64,000 nt of DNA from Eledone cirrhosa (taxonomy: Eukaryota). A model generated the notes under the pieces. That model was not told where the DNA came from, made no database searches, and was given only the letters and a program-made list of their open reading frames with translations. The position numbers and the translations under genes are program-made. Location of the stretch: NCBI GenBank assembly GCA_964016885.1, contig OZ024752.1, forward strand, positions 13,578,001 through 13,642,000, written 5' to 3'. Positions 27,224-40,314 of the stretch are shown one piece after another; position 1 is the first letter of the stretch; each line of letters begins with the position of its first letter.

Positions 27224-27451
27224 AATTGTTTCTACAATTAGCACAAGGCCAGCAATTTGAAAGGTAGAGGAAAGTCGACCAAATCGACCCCAGTGCATTA
27301 CTGGTACTTTATTTATCGACACCGTAAGGATAAGAGGCAAAGCTCCCACCGTTAGCGGGCTTTGCCTTTCATCCTTACGGGACCGATAAAATAAAGTACC
27401 AGTAACACACTGGGATATTTGCTGGCCTTGTGCCAAAAGTAGAAACAATTA
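27224..27451. mobile_element. Two SINE A 3' halves in inverted orientation
   Basis: 27224-27345 (-) and 27357-27451 (+). Confidence 0.8.
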
Positions 27452-27769
27452 TCATGCGGGTATGTTGCGACTGTTTACGAACTATCACACACAGCTGTAA
27501 TATTAGGACCTCGGTGTCAAAGTTTATATAAAGAATAGAATGGACCTCCACCGTTCTCGACGATGAGTGTTCAAGTTGTTCGATCAAAGGAACAACAAGC
27601 TGTTTATGAAATTAAAGAGAAGCATGTGGTTGAGTATTCCACTGACCAGACACGTGTACACTTCATGTAATTATCAGGGAGATTCAGTATTTATCAAAGT
27701 TTTATCAGTGTTACTCAAAGCTGGTTCTTTGAATTATAGGTACAACTAATTTTTGTCAGTTCAGTATAT

Positions 27770-27948
27770 CGGCAGTATCAGTAGAGAGTCGGATGCTATG
27801 CTTTGCAGCATAGCGTTACGTCCCTTTACGGTCTGAGTTCAAATCCTGCCGAGGTCAACTTTGCCTTTCATCCTTACGGGATCGATAAAATAAAATACCA
27901 GTAATGTACTGGATAATTGCTGGCCTTGTGCCAAAAATAGAAACAGTT
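27770..27948 (+). mobile_element. SINE family A
   Basis: A/B boxes, core and tail. Confidence 0.88.
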
Positions 27949-28472
27949 ATATAAAAAGTCTTGCACAAGGATTCAATCCACTGCTGGGAATCGAACGCAC
28001 GATCTTACGATTAAACCCCGAACAATAAAAGCACTAAGCCACGCACGTTTTACTTTTCGACATGTCACATATACGCACGCAAATACACACACACGGACAA
28101 TACACACGCACGCATGCACCACACACACACGCACCCATGCACGCACGCACGCACGTCACACACACGTCAAATACATGTCCTGCTTTTCAATTGTTACCAT
28201 GGTGATAGGAACCTATAGTAAATATAGGAACAATAGGGGGAGAGAGGAGTAAAGAAAGCTGAACTCAATGAAACATTGTTAGAGAAAAAAGTAAGAAACC
28301 TGATGCATGGCGGTTGTATTTCGCCCCGCACGCACACACACACACAGATACACGTACACACACACACACACCCCCACAAACACACACACACACACACACA
28401 CATACAGACATGTGTATAGACATACTTATATATATCTATGTATAGATATATATGTGATATATATATATATAT

Positions 28473-28674
28473 ATTGTTATACTTTGGGAGGGTCATGTTG
28501 CCAATAAGTAACACACGCACCAGTTGCATTCACTCCAATTTATTATAAATTAAATTATAAATTTAAAAAATTTATAAATTTCCGGTTGGCTGGTTGGTTC
28601 CACAACCGGACGGTTGTTCATATATTGTCAAAGTTCTTTCGTCACACATTATGTGACCTCTTCAGTAACTGGAG
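28473..28674 (-). mobile_element. ~200-bp TA-embedded pLTR-like element with hammerhead core
   Basis: Minus strand CTGAAGA g gtcaca-taatg-tgtgac GAAA; tail gaccctcccaaagtataacaat shared with ~3210, ~19310, ~30895. Confidence 0.6.
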
Positions 28675-28790
28675 ATATATATATATATATCCAGGGGGTG
28701 TAATGTGAAGTTACTGTAGGTTCACTCAGGTGAGCACTCGATGTTTAGGTTCACGTTTGTAGCGAGGTGTAGAGCTAGACAGTGTAATAT

Positions 28791-28982
28791 AATTGTTTCT
28801 ACTTTTGGCACAAGGCCAGCAATTATCCCAGTGTATTACTGGTACTTTATTTTATCGACACCATAATGATGAAAGGCCAAGTTAACCTCGACGGGATTTG
28901 AACTCAGATCATAAAGAGCCGTAACTCTTTGCTGCAAAGCATGGCGTCCGACCCTCTACCGATACTGCCACTCCACCGCCCT
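28791..28982 (-). mobile_element. Full-length SINE family A
   Basis: Consensus match; gtgtaatata on both sides. Confidence 0.9.
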
Positions 28983-29769
28983 AATGTGTAATATACAAGT
29001 GTTAAACCTTCATTACGTTTATTGACTGGTGACGCGCGTTTCGCTATTGATCAGCTCAAGGTTCGATCTAGACCGACTCTCGAATCGAAAGCTCGTCGGA
29101 CCTCGTAGTAATGACAGAATGAACATATAAAGCATAGAAATGTCTTTAACGTTTAGCGTTCATACGGTGGTCAGTTTATGTTGTTTTGATTGACCACCGG
29201 CTTCGAAAGCATTCGATGATGTTGACCAGTTCTCCTTTTCGGGTAGTCTTTTCGATGCTGAGAGAGTGGGATTGGTCGAGAGCAAGGCTTTTTCCCACTT
29301 AAAAAACCTTCAAAGCACAAGAATTGCTTGTTCAGTATATGTTATAGGTTCTTGTGGCTGGCTGTAGCCTAAAAGTGCACCAAACTCTATAATCTGACAA
29401 GCGATTGCAATACTCTTAGCAGAGTTTGCAGCCATCATGTATGTAAATAAGACCGTTGATTCCTATAAGCCGTAAATAAAAACACTAAGAAAAAATCGTA
29501 AACCTGTACTCACAACCTCCACTAAACGAACCCGTGGCTTGCATTCCGATTTTGTAATCCAACCATGGACTTCACCAACGAAGAAATAGGGAAGACAGAG
29601 GTTATAAAGCTTCATCTGTCATATTCCGTAGTTTCTGTATTATAAAACTATTATCTGCAGCGACCACAACCATATTATGTAATACGGTCATGCTCTACCT
29701 CCTCCTTCCCTATCACAACCACACACCTCCCCCAAAGTAACCACCAAGACAAATAAAATCTAAAACAGA

Positions 29770-30022
29770 CTATCGGCAGGCATGTAGTTAGAATGTCCCA
29801 GCAAAGAATCTCTTGACAGATTTTACCAGGAAAACCAACCGGTGGGAGATCCAGGGTTAGACCCAAAGCAAGGTGCTTGGATAACATCCATGGGCTTGGC
29901 TGGTCTCGCTTGGAGATCCAGCCGGATCAGTTGAAGACGGTTGCTTCTGACAGGACCTGCTGGAAGGAATGTTTGAGAATGTTGCCCCCCACGACCCTCT
30001 CAGGAATAAGTGGGCGAAGAAG
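29770..30022 (+). mobile_element. RTE-like LINE 3' end
   Basis: GHVVRM..GRSRVRPKARCLDNI..VASDRTCW; short GAA tail. Confidence 0.8.
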
Positions 30023-30680
30023 ATGTGATTCCGGGCACAGGGAAGCTTGTAGCAGAAAATCCTTAGTTCATATAACAATAATAACGAAACTATTAATGAA
30101 ATAAACGAAATGGTTATATGTATATATTTCTGAATTTGTAGATGAGCTAGAGAAGAAATCATTACAGTGGAAATAGAATTAAAGGAACTCAAGTAAAGCT
30201 AGCAAAGATCAATGTTATTCTGTAGGAAAGAAGACAGAACACATTTGGCATCAGCGAATTGGCCATGCTCAATATATAGAAGAGTATGTGTACACAAGAA
30301 GTGTAGTAGGATAAAGATAGACTAACAGAAAAGGTAGATTTTGTAGATAGGAGGTACATAGGGGTAGTTAGTAGTACGAGCACCAATGCAATAACATTCT
30401 TTAATCCTAAATAAAGCTCCATGGTATTTGTTAGCTTTTGTTAATTTGGTGGCAAGATTTGTAGTATACACACTTCAATATCATTCTAATAAATATGTCC
30501 TGTACATTTGTTGGGGACACTCTCTCTCTCTCTATATATATATATTCCTTTTTTTCACGAGACAATCGTTGCTATAAAAATCACAATCCCAGCTATAAAA
30601 ATCGTTGCTATAAAAATCACAATACCTTCTCCCAGTCGTCACATAAAACGCTATGGGTACTTGTTATGGCTTAATTGCTA

Positions 30681-30737
<57 letters not shown>

Positions 30738-30739
<2 letters not shown>

Positions 30740-30917
30740 AATCACCCACTGAGGAACTGAGGAGGTCACGGAATGTGCGACGAAAGAGCTTTGGCAATAA
30801 GTAAACAACCATCCGGATATTGAACCAACAAACCGTAAATTTATAATAAATTGACGTGAAAACCAAGAGGTGCGTGTGTTTCTATTGGTAGTGTGACCCT
30901 CACAAAGCATAACAATC
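30738..30917 (+). mobile_element. TA-embedded pLTR-like element with hammerhead core, family of 28473-28674
   Basis: CTGAGGA g gtcac-ggaat-gtgcgac GAAAgagcttt; shared tail. Confidence 0.58.
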
Positions 30918-31282
30918 TGTGTATATATATGTGTGTGTGTCTGTGTGCCCATACACACAAAAGTTGAATCATATCACGCTGCAAAAAAGAAACACCAGTT
31001 CATTATCTATAACTAGAATCTACCAGGCACGCGTTTAAAATCTCCAATGGTTTGGGCTTCAATGAGTGATTCGGAAAATGAGTTTAAACGAGTTTAATAG
31101 AATCCAACGATTCCTCATATAATACATAATTGTACGTCACAGAACAAAGAAAGCTTTGATCATTGTTTTTATATTCCTCAAGAGAGAAGTGTTTTTAGGT
31201 GTTTATTATGATACATCGAAGAAAATACTTCATAATAAGTCCACAATATATTATGCCTAATATCATATTCTATAAAAATCCT

Positions 31283-31580
31283 GCGTGGCTGTGTGGTTAG
31301 AGTATTCGGCTCAAGATCGTAAGGTCGTGAGTGCGATTCCCGGTGGCGTGCTCTATCCTTGAGCAAGACCATTTAGATAGCAAAACTGAGTTGTACCTGT
31401 AATTCGAGGGGGCCAGCCTTGTCACATTCTGTGTTATGCTGAATCTCCCTGAGAACTACGTTATGGGTACATGTGTCTGTGGAATTCTCAGCTACTTACA
31501 CGTTAATTTCATGAGTAGGCTGTTCTGTTGATCGTATCAACTGAATAACACGCCGTCGTAACCGACGGAGCGCCGATTAT
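31283..31580 (+). mobile_element. SINE family D
   Basis: tRNA-like head, body ggggccagccttgtcacattctgtgttatgctgaatctccctgag; related to 38041-38362 and 48590-48895. Confidence 0.8.
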
Positions 31581-32264
31581 TATAAATGTCATGACCTCAA
31601 TGAAACTTATATTTCGTAATTTTGCCTTCCTTGTATAGAAGATTTAAACATATTGTTGTATGTTGTGATAAGCTACTAAAATAGTAAATGTTAGAATTAA
31701 ACTTATAAACTGAAAGTTGACAGGTGCATATAGTCTTTGGTATGTATAGCTAGAACCATAAAATAATTTGAACTCAAATATCAGTCGTCAGTCGACAAAT
31801 GAGGCCCAGTGCTAGTTAAGTTATGAGGCCCCTTACTTAAAAAACATTTGAAGGATTTCTTGTAAAAATGTTTGAGGGCAGGAAGATGAGATCCCACTCC
31901 TGATCAACGGGGTCTCCACCCACCCACCATGGCCCTGTGCTTAAGTACACCTAAGCACAACAGTATATTCGGTATTGTATCATTTTGTTATTACAACGAT
32001 GTGATTGGGCGTAGCATAGCCGAATGGTTAAGATGTTTACAATGTAATCATAAGCTTGCAAATTCGAACCCACTACGTATCCTCTTCAATAAGTGTCTTC
32101 TACAATAGTTTCGAATTGACCCAAATCTTCTGAGTGAAACTGGGCAAACACAGAGGCGAAACTAGGGAAAATACGGACTATGGGCACGCAGTGAAATTGC
32201 ACCCCTGCCCAAAAAATAATTTATATAAATAGTTTAATGATCAAGCCACCATAGTTCTTCTTAC

Positions 32265-32573
32265 CAGGGTCTGATTTAATGGGAGGTGGAGATAAATTCC
32301 CCTGGACACCGCCAGTGGGGGCCCCTACCAGCAAGGGCCGTAGCAATTTATTTGTGCCCTCAGCTGGGCTTTTTAGTTTTAGGATGGCTAGAATTTTTGT
32401 ATTTAATACCTGTATGTATAACTTTTCAATTCCAATTACTTGCGCCAAGCTAACTTTGATATGTAACATTTTTTTTTGGGGGGGGGGGGTTGCATTGTAT
32501 TCTAATGTGTTGGGTATGAGGAGCCCCTCAAACCTAAAGAGCCCCCCCCCAAAAAAGTCTAAATCCAACCCTG
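32265..32573. mobile_element. hAT-type MITE
   Basis: CAGGG..CCCTG termini, 8-bp TSD cttcttac/cttctcac; homologues at 48345-48565 and 57469-57728. Confidence 0.75.
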
Positions 32574-33054
32574 CTTCTCACCCATGATAATCAATGACAG
32601 ATCATACACCTGACTTTAATAGAAAATGCTCCAAGTGACACCCAAGACCCTAGTTACCTCACTGGGTATAGGGAAAATGTTTAGAAGCTAGTCAGATGGA
32701 TTGTACCTGTAATTTAAAGGGGCCAGTGCTGTCATACACTGTGTCACCCAGAATCACCATGCTAACTACGTTATGGATCCACGTGTTTGTTGAATGGTCA
32801 GTGATTTACATATTAATTACCTGAGAAGGCTGTTCCGTTGATTAACAACTGAAGCACTCATCGTCGAAACCAACGGAGGCTCCATTCCAGAAAGCCCTTC
32901 CGACGGACTGTACATGTACTTTAAAGGGGCAGTCTTGTGATATATATGTCCCTCGGAATCTCCCTGAGAATTACGTTAAGAGTACACGAGCAAAGTTGTT
33001 AGTTTACATATTATGAATTAATGAATTATTTTAATAATTAATCTAAAAAAAACC

Positions 33055-33445
33055 AAAGCGCTGAATCGGTAGAGCGTCGGACAACATGCTTTGTGGCATA
33101 AAGTTACGTCTCTTTACAGTCTGAGTTCAAAACCCGCCGAGGGTAGCTTTGCCTTTCATCCTTACGTGGTATTTAAAATAAAGTACCAGTGATACACTAG
33201 GGTCTATTTGGTCGACCCCCACCACCACTACTATGAAAATAAAAATTGTTGGCCGTGTGCCTAAACCAGAAACCGATATTTATTTACGACATTTTACGTG
33301 TTCCGAATTCCAATCCCACCCAGGTAAATTATATAGCTTTCTTCTTTCCGGGATCGATAAAAATCGGTTAAATACTGGAGTCGATACAATCGACTCCCCC
33401 CCCCCCCCCCCCGAAATTGCTGGCCTTGTGCTAATGCTAGAATCC
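33055..33445 (+). mobile_element. Two SINE A-related copies
   Basis: B box, core and aattgctggccttgtg tail. Confidence 0.75.
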
Positions 33446-34249
33446 TAATTAATATCAAGTATAATTGATAGTTTAAAGAAAGGTGTTTAGATATGAATCA
33501 TTCAGTGAACCAGTAAAACATGACAGGTGAGATAAGATGGAGAGAAAGTAATGGAAATTACAGGAGAAATAAAGTTTGTTGTTACCTTTGTGTAAAGTAG
33601 TAAGGATCCGAGTGATTGAATAGGTAAGGTATAGGTAAACCTCGTCTACATGTTGAGGGTCATTTAAGACTGTGTGCTTGACAATCGAGTTAATGTGTGT
33701 TACTAGACTAGACCTTCTAGGATATATTTATACCTCATATACTTTATGAGAGGTAGCTTGTCTGTTGTCACTATCTTTCAAGTAACTAACATCACAGAGA
33801 GGGACTGAGAGAGGGGAGAGAGAGACTGAGAGAGGGGGAGAGAGAGACTGAGAGAGGGCGGAGGAGACGAATATTAAATTTAGGGAAAAGAATAACGAAT
33901 ACATAGACAGACAAGCTAAAAAAATATAAGAAAAGAAAACGAAGGCTATGTTATGAATACACACGGTGGTGGGTGAATGGTTTAACCAACCAGATTGGCC
34001 CATAAGGTGATTATTTAGCTTGCCTGATCTCACTCTAACATTCTCTCTCTTTCTCCCCCTCTCACTTTCACACTCTTTCTCTCTTTTATGCAGTACTCAA
34101 TGGTGAGAAAACGATAAAAAAAAACACACAGATCTTAAATGAAGTACAATTTGTCTGAAATATATTTCAAAGTTTTGCTGGGTAATTCAAATAAGTATAG
34201 GGCGAAGGGCATACTCCGCACATACACACACAACACACACCCATCGCCC

Positions 34250-34305
<56 letters not shown>

Positions 34306-34396
34306 TCATCTGTCTCTCTATCTCTCTCCTACACATTTGTGCATGTTTGTGTGGGCGACATAGACTAAAACTACCCTCAGATCAATATTCCCTTTT

Positions 34397-34462
<66 letters not shown>

Positions 34463-34466
34463 CACA

Positions 34467-34570
34467 CAGGGTGTCCCCCAAAAATGTATACAAACTTTGA
34501 TCACTTGCACTGGCAATATTTATTAGAATGCTGTTGAAGTGTGTATACATTTTTTGGGGACGCTACCCTG
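34467..34570. mobile_element. Tiny Tc1/mariner-type MITE
   Basis: TIR cagggtgtcccccaaaaatgtatac; family of 50887-51113. Confidence 0.7.
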
Positions 34571-34573
34571 TAT

Positions 34574-34633
<60 letters not shown>

Positions 34634-34841
34634 ATGTATACATACAGACATGTATCTATCTACATCTACGCACACACACACACACACACACAAGTAAATG
34701 GATCCTACTAACGAGTGTTCCAGTTGTTCGATCATGGTTGACTTTGGACTAAACAATAAACATAGACACAATAATAATAATACTAACAACAACAATAATA
34801 ATGACAACAACAACAACAACAACAACAACAGCAGCAAGAAT

Positions 34842-35018
34842 AATTGTTTCTACTTTAGGCACAAGGCCAGCAATTAACCAGTGTATTACTGGTACTTTAT
34901 TTTATCGACCCCGTAAGGATGAAAGGCAAAGTTAACCTCGGCGGGATTTGAACTCAGAATGGCAAAGGCCGTAACTCTATGCTGGAAAGCATGGCGTCCG
35001 ACCCTCTACCGATACTGC
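34842..35018 (-). mobile_element. SINE family A
   Basis: Consensus match. Confidence 0.9.
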
Positions 35019-35371
35019 GAAATAATGATTTCTCTCATGTACCGTCTACTTTCCTTAAATACGAAGTATTAAGTTGAGTAATGGTTTTTACTAGTCTTAA
35101 CTAGTAACCTCCCATTCATATATACTTTACACATATAATGAGGATAGGTAATGTGAAGATTGTTTCGTTACAGACAAGACTTGAGTGACAGGGGTGGTCG
35201 AAGAATTTCTGAATGTCCTGGAGGTGGGGGATTTGGTCAATCTAGTTGTAGAGATTAGATTAACTCATTGCACTCTAGAATGGTCAGAAAATGCAATTTG
35301 AGTCCAAGCTGCTTTCAATAATTATAAAGTGATTATAGCAAAATGACATATGAAATGTCTCAGAATGCACG

Positions 35372-35761
35372 TACTAGCAATTGGCAATACACCTACTAGC
35401 AAGTGGCAATACACATACGAGCAATTGGCAATAAACATACTAGCAATTGGCAATACACATACTAGCATTTGGCAATACACCTACTGGCAATTGGCAATAC
35501 ACATACTAGCAATTGACAATAAACATACTAGCAATTGACAATACACTTACTAGCAATTGGCAATACACCTACTAGCAATTGGCAATACATATACTAGCAA
35601 CTGGCAATACACCTACTAGCAATTGGCAATACATATACTAGCAACTGGCAATACACCTACTAGCAATTGGCAATACATATACTAGCAACTGGCAATACAC
35701 CTACTAGCAATTGGCAATACATATACTAGCAATTGGCAATACACTTACTAGCAATTGGCAA
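35372..35761. repeat. 22-bp minisatellite, ~18 units
   Basis: Unit tactagcaattggcaatacac(a/c). Confidence 0.95.
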
Positions 35762-36632
35762 ATAGTGATATGTGGAGAAAAAGTTATGACATGACAAAAT
35801 AATTTACTATGTAGGTTAACATAATATATTAAACTGTTATTATCAAATATCAACCAAGATATTAAAAATATTTGATATGCGATAAACATAACATGTACAT
35901 AAATTGTAGCGCATATACAAATAGATATGTTTTGGTAGTTTGGGGAGACAAATATAATTATTGTAAGGATTGGGTTGCTCTCCCTCGCTATCTCTCTCTG
36001 GAAGAAATTTATGTTAAGACCTGGAGAGGGATGGGTTCTGCCAGGCATAAAATGCCGATGAAACACTACAGTGTCCCTACGTCTTCATCGGGAATTAGGG
36101 GACCATACCATACCTGTAAGGTTGTTGTGCTGGCACCTTGATAAAACACACCCAGTCCACCCAGAACGTCTGAGAAGATCTGGTTACATGAGCTGTCTAG
36201 CCCCAAAACTTGGCAATCCCTCTGAATTATGAAAGTGTTTAAAATAAATGTTAAACACTGATGATGCTGAAACATATAAACATATATGCATGTCTTCTTC
36301 GCCCACCTAAACCTGGCATGGTTGTGGGGGCAGAGTCCTCAAACACTCCTTCCACCAGGTCCTGTCAGAAGCAACAGTCTCCAACTGATCCCGCTGGATC
36401 CTCAAGCGAGACCAGCGAAGTTCATGGATGTTATCCCACCATCTTGCTCAGGGTTACCAACATTACTACCAACCACATATAACATGAAGATAAAAAATAA
36501 CTTCATAGTTACTTCACCTCCCATTACAGTATACTTTATTAGAGCCCAACAGTAGGGACAGCAACTCTAGGAACTTCATTTATGAAACTCCAAAGGGATA
36601 GTGTTTCAATAAATGGATATCTAAGTTAAGCC

Positions 36633-37627
36633 CTGATCAACAAATCAATGATCAACATACCTATGATCAACAGACCTATGATCAACAGACCTATGATCAA
36701 CAACTCTATGAACAACAAACCTATGAACTACAAACCTATGATCAACAAACCTATTAATAACAAACCTATGAACTACAAACCTACGATCAATAGATCTATG
36801 ATCAACAGATCTATGATCAACAGACCTATGATCAACAAACCTATGAACAACAAACCTATGAACTACAAACCTACGATCAACAGATCTATGATCAACAAAC
36901 CTATGATCAACAAACCTACGATCAACAGATCTATGATCAACAGACCTATGATCAACAGACCTATGATCAACAGATCTATGATCAACAGACCTATGATCAA
37001 CAGATCTATGATCAACAGATCTATGATCAACAAATCTATGAACAACAAACCTATGAACTACAAACCTATGAACTACAAACCTACGATCAACAGATCTATG
37101 ATCAACAGATCTATGATCAACAGACCTATGATCAACAGACCTATGATCAACTGATCTATGATCAACAGATCTATGATCAACAGACCTATGATCAACAAAC
37201 CTATGATCAACAGATCTATGATCAACAAACCTATGATCAACAGACCTATGATCAACAAACCTATGATCAACAGATCTATGATCAACAAACCTACGATCAA
37301 CAGACCTATGATCAACAGACCTATGATCAACAGGCCTATGATCAACAGACCTATGATCAACAAACCTACGATCAACAGATCTATGATCAACAGATCTATG
37401 ATGAACAGATCTATGATCAACAAACCTACAATCAACAGACCTATGATCAACAGACCTATGATCAACAGACCTATGATCAACAGACCTATGATCAACAAAC
37501 CTATGATCAACAAACTTATGATCAACAGATCTGCGATCAACAAACCTATGATCAACAGACCTATGATCAACAGATCTACGCTCAACAGATCTGTGATCAA
37601 CAGATCTACGATCAACAAACCTATGAT
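36633..37627. repeat. 15-bp minisatellite, ~66 units
   Basis: Unit ctatgatcaaca(g/a)a(c/t). Confidence 0.97.
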
Positions 37628-38040
37628 TAGAAGTATTCAAGTTTTTTGTGTTTGTTTCACACAGTATATTTAGAAGAAAAGTGTCAAATCAGCAGATTTG
37701 TGAGGGCATTGGATTAACAATGTTCATGGATGTTATCCAACCATCTTGATCGAGGTCTACCCTTGGGCCTCCTGCCATGCACAACACACAAAATTCCTAA
37801 TTTTGTTCTTGTTTTTTTTGTTTATTGACCTTAGTTATACTGATTTACAAGATTTGAGAATAAATCTTCAAAATCATGTGAAGTGAATTTCTTTTCACAC
37901 ATGTTTATTAATAAACATGAGTGTATAATGTCCTTTTCACATGCCTATATTTAATAAAACACCAGCATTGATATTTATAATGTTACCAGGATGTGTACAT
38001 AATTGGCTGTTTTATTTACTTATATATAATTCTATTTGAA

Positions 38041-38362
38041 GGGCGCATGGCTTCGTGGTTATTCTATTCAGCTCATGATTGTAAAGTGTGAGTTTGATTC
38101 CTGGGGGCGTGCTGTGTCCTTGAGAAAGACACTTTATTTCACATTACTCTAGTCCACTAAGCTGGCAAAACTGAGTTGTACCTGTAATTCAGAGGGACCA
38201 ACCTTGTCATATCCTGTGTTACGTTGAATCTCCATGAGAACTATGTTAAAGGTACACGTGTTTGTGGAATGCTCTGAGACTTGCATGTTAATTTCATGAG
38301 CAGGCTGTTCCGTTGATCATATCAACTGGAAGACTCATCGTCGTAACCAACGGAGTACCACT
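38041..38362 (+). mobile_element. SINE family D
   Basis: Homologous to 31283-31580. Confidence 0.8.
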
Positions 38363-38835
38363 ACAATATAATTCTGTATTAATTACAATTTAACTCATAT
38401 CTTCTTAGTAGTTAGTTTACACATTCACCCCCTTCTCCTGTTCTCCTCAAATTTACAGATGTCAGTCGTTAATGTAGGGGGTCCCATGATATATGCAGGC
38501 AGCCGTGTTCATTATATAAAGCTCCCTAGTTAGCTAGCTGGCTTTAAAGCTCGCAAGTAAAATACCAGTTGACAAGCAGGCAATTTCAGTAGTGACAATA
38601 TTAACACCCATGTCTGTGGGGAAAGGGTGTATGTAAGGGCATACGATTCAGTCATATCAAACAGTTCACTCTTTCATCAGGTGTAAAGAGTTGAACACTC
38701 TGGAAAACTAACTAACCCCAGTTTTATTTTGTAATGTTTTGCAGTATTTTTTTTAATTCAAACATTTTTTTTACAGACATATATCAATGCTTGGTTACTC
38801 TGACACTAACTGGTATAGTATTCTGGAATTTTGTA

Positions 38836-39655
38836 TCATCATCACCATCGTTGTTGTTTAATGTCCATTTTCCATGCTAGTATGGGTTAGACAGATTGTC
38901 CAGTTAGAGGCAAGTCGGAACAGGTGACTGTGTCTTGGTCATATAGAACTGTTTCTGGCTAGGTTCCTATGGTTGGATGCCCTTCATAACGCCAACCACA
39001 TTTAGTGTGTGTGCTGGATGCTTTTTGTTGTGACACCTACACGACCACTTTACAGTGTGGGCTGAGTGCTTTTTGTCGTGACACCTTCATGACCACATTA
39101 CAGTGTATACTAGGTGCTTTTTGTTGTGACAGCTATATGACCACTTTATAATGTGGGCTGGGTTCTTTTTGTCGTGACTCCTACCTACATGACCACTTTA
39201 TAGTGTGTGCTGGGTGCTTTTTGTTGTGACACCTACATGACCACTTTATAGTGTGGGCTGGGTGCTTTTTGTTGTGACACCTACATGGCCACTTTATAGT
39301 GTGGGCTGGGTGCTTTTTATCGTGACACCTACATGACCACTTTACAGTGTGGACTGGGTGCTTTTTGTCGTGGCACCTACACGAACACTTTACAGTGTGG
39401 GCTGGCTGATTTTTGTTATGACTCCTACATGACCACTTTACAGTGTGGACTGGGTGCTTTTTGTCATGACTCCTACATGACCTCTTTACGGTGTGGACTG
39501 GGTGCTTTTTGTCATGACTCCTACATGACCACTTTACAGTGTGGACTGGGTACTTTGGTTATGACTCCTACATGACCACTTTACAGTGTGGACTAGGTGC
39601 TTTTTGTCATGACTCCTACATGAAGACTTTATAGTATGGGCTGGGTACTTTTTGT
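38836..39655 (-). repeat. RTE 3' UTR fragment whose 48-bp internal unit has expanded to ~13 copies (39005-39655)
   Basis: Unit gtgtgggctgggtgctttttgtcgtgacacctacatgaccactttaca; adjacent ggatgcccttc..ccaacc and tttccatgctag tail. Confidence 0.88.
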
Positions 39656-39845
39656 TTCGATTGAATTTTTTACACCTTATACTGGTTTCAGCCATTAGAC
39701 TGCGACCATACTGGCAGGTTTTTCTATGACCTGATGCCCTCCATGATGCCAACCCATAAGAACCAATCAGGAAGTTTCTATATGAGTGCATTTTACTGTG
39801 GTACCAACATTTGAGAAACTGCCTTTTATTTTTTGTTTTGCTCTT

Positions 39846-39898
<53 letters not shown>

Positions 39899-39900
<2 letters not shown>

Positions 39901-40299
39901 GAAAAACACAGGAGAGTGTGTTTTCATCTACAGGATTTTAACCACCAGCATGAAGAGAATATAAGCTAAGAGAGGTATAGGAGAACATAATAATTAAAAG
40001 GATAAATTAAAATGAAAAACCTACCTCATAACTAAATCGCACTTGTACAAACTCACTAAGAGATTGTTTCACCGTATAAGTGGGTTCAAAATCAGCTTTG
40101 TGGATCATCAGCATGTGCTCAAGCTGATATTTTCTCCACTACTAAAGAGAACTATAGTAACACACCTGTAAATAAAAACACACTATCCTGTGTTTTTCCC
40201 CTCTATACATTGTATTTTAAAGTGGCCAGGAAAACTCTTTCCTTTGAACTCATTGAATTACCGGATTATATGCGAGTCCTTTACTCCGGTATTTTACTA
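39899..40299 (-). mobile_element. pLTR-like fold-back element with degenerate hammerhead core
   Basis: Inverted repeat 39899-39934/40164-40200; minus strand CTGATGA (40111-40105)..GAAAC (40070-40066); TA flanks. Confidence 0.5.
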
Positions 40300-40314
40300 T
40301 ATATATATATATAT

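Noticed and set aside
30050-30500. Possible Penelope ORF end/3' UTR remnants (also 290-690, 33480-33790, 35030-35330)
   Set aside because: Only vague compositional similarity; cannot be supported without a database search
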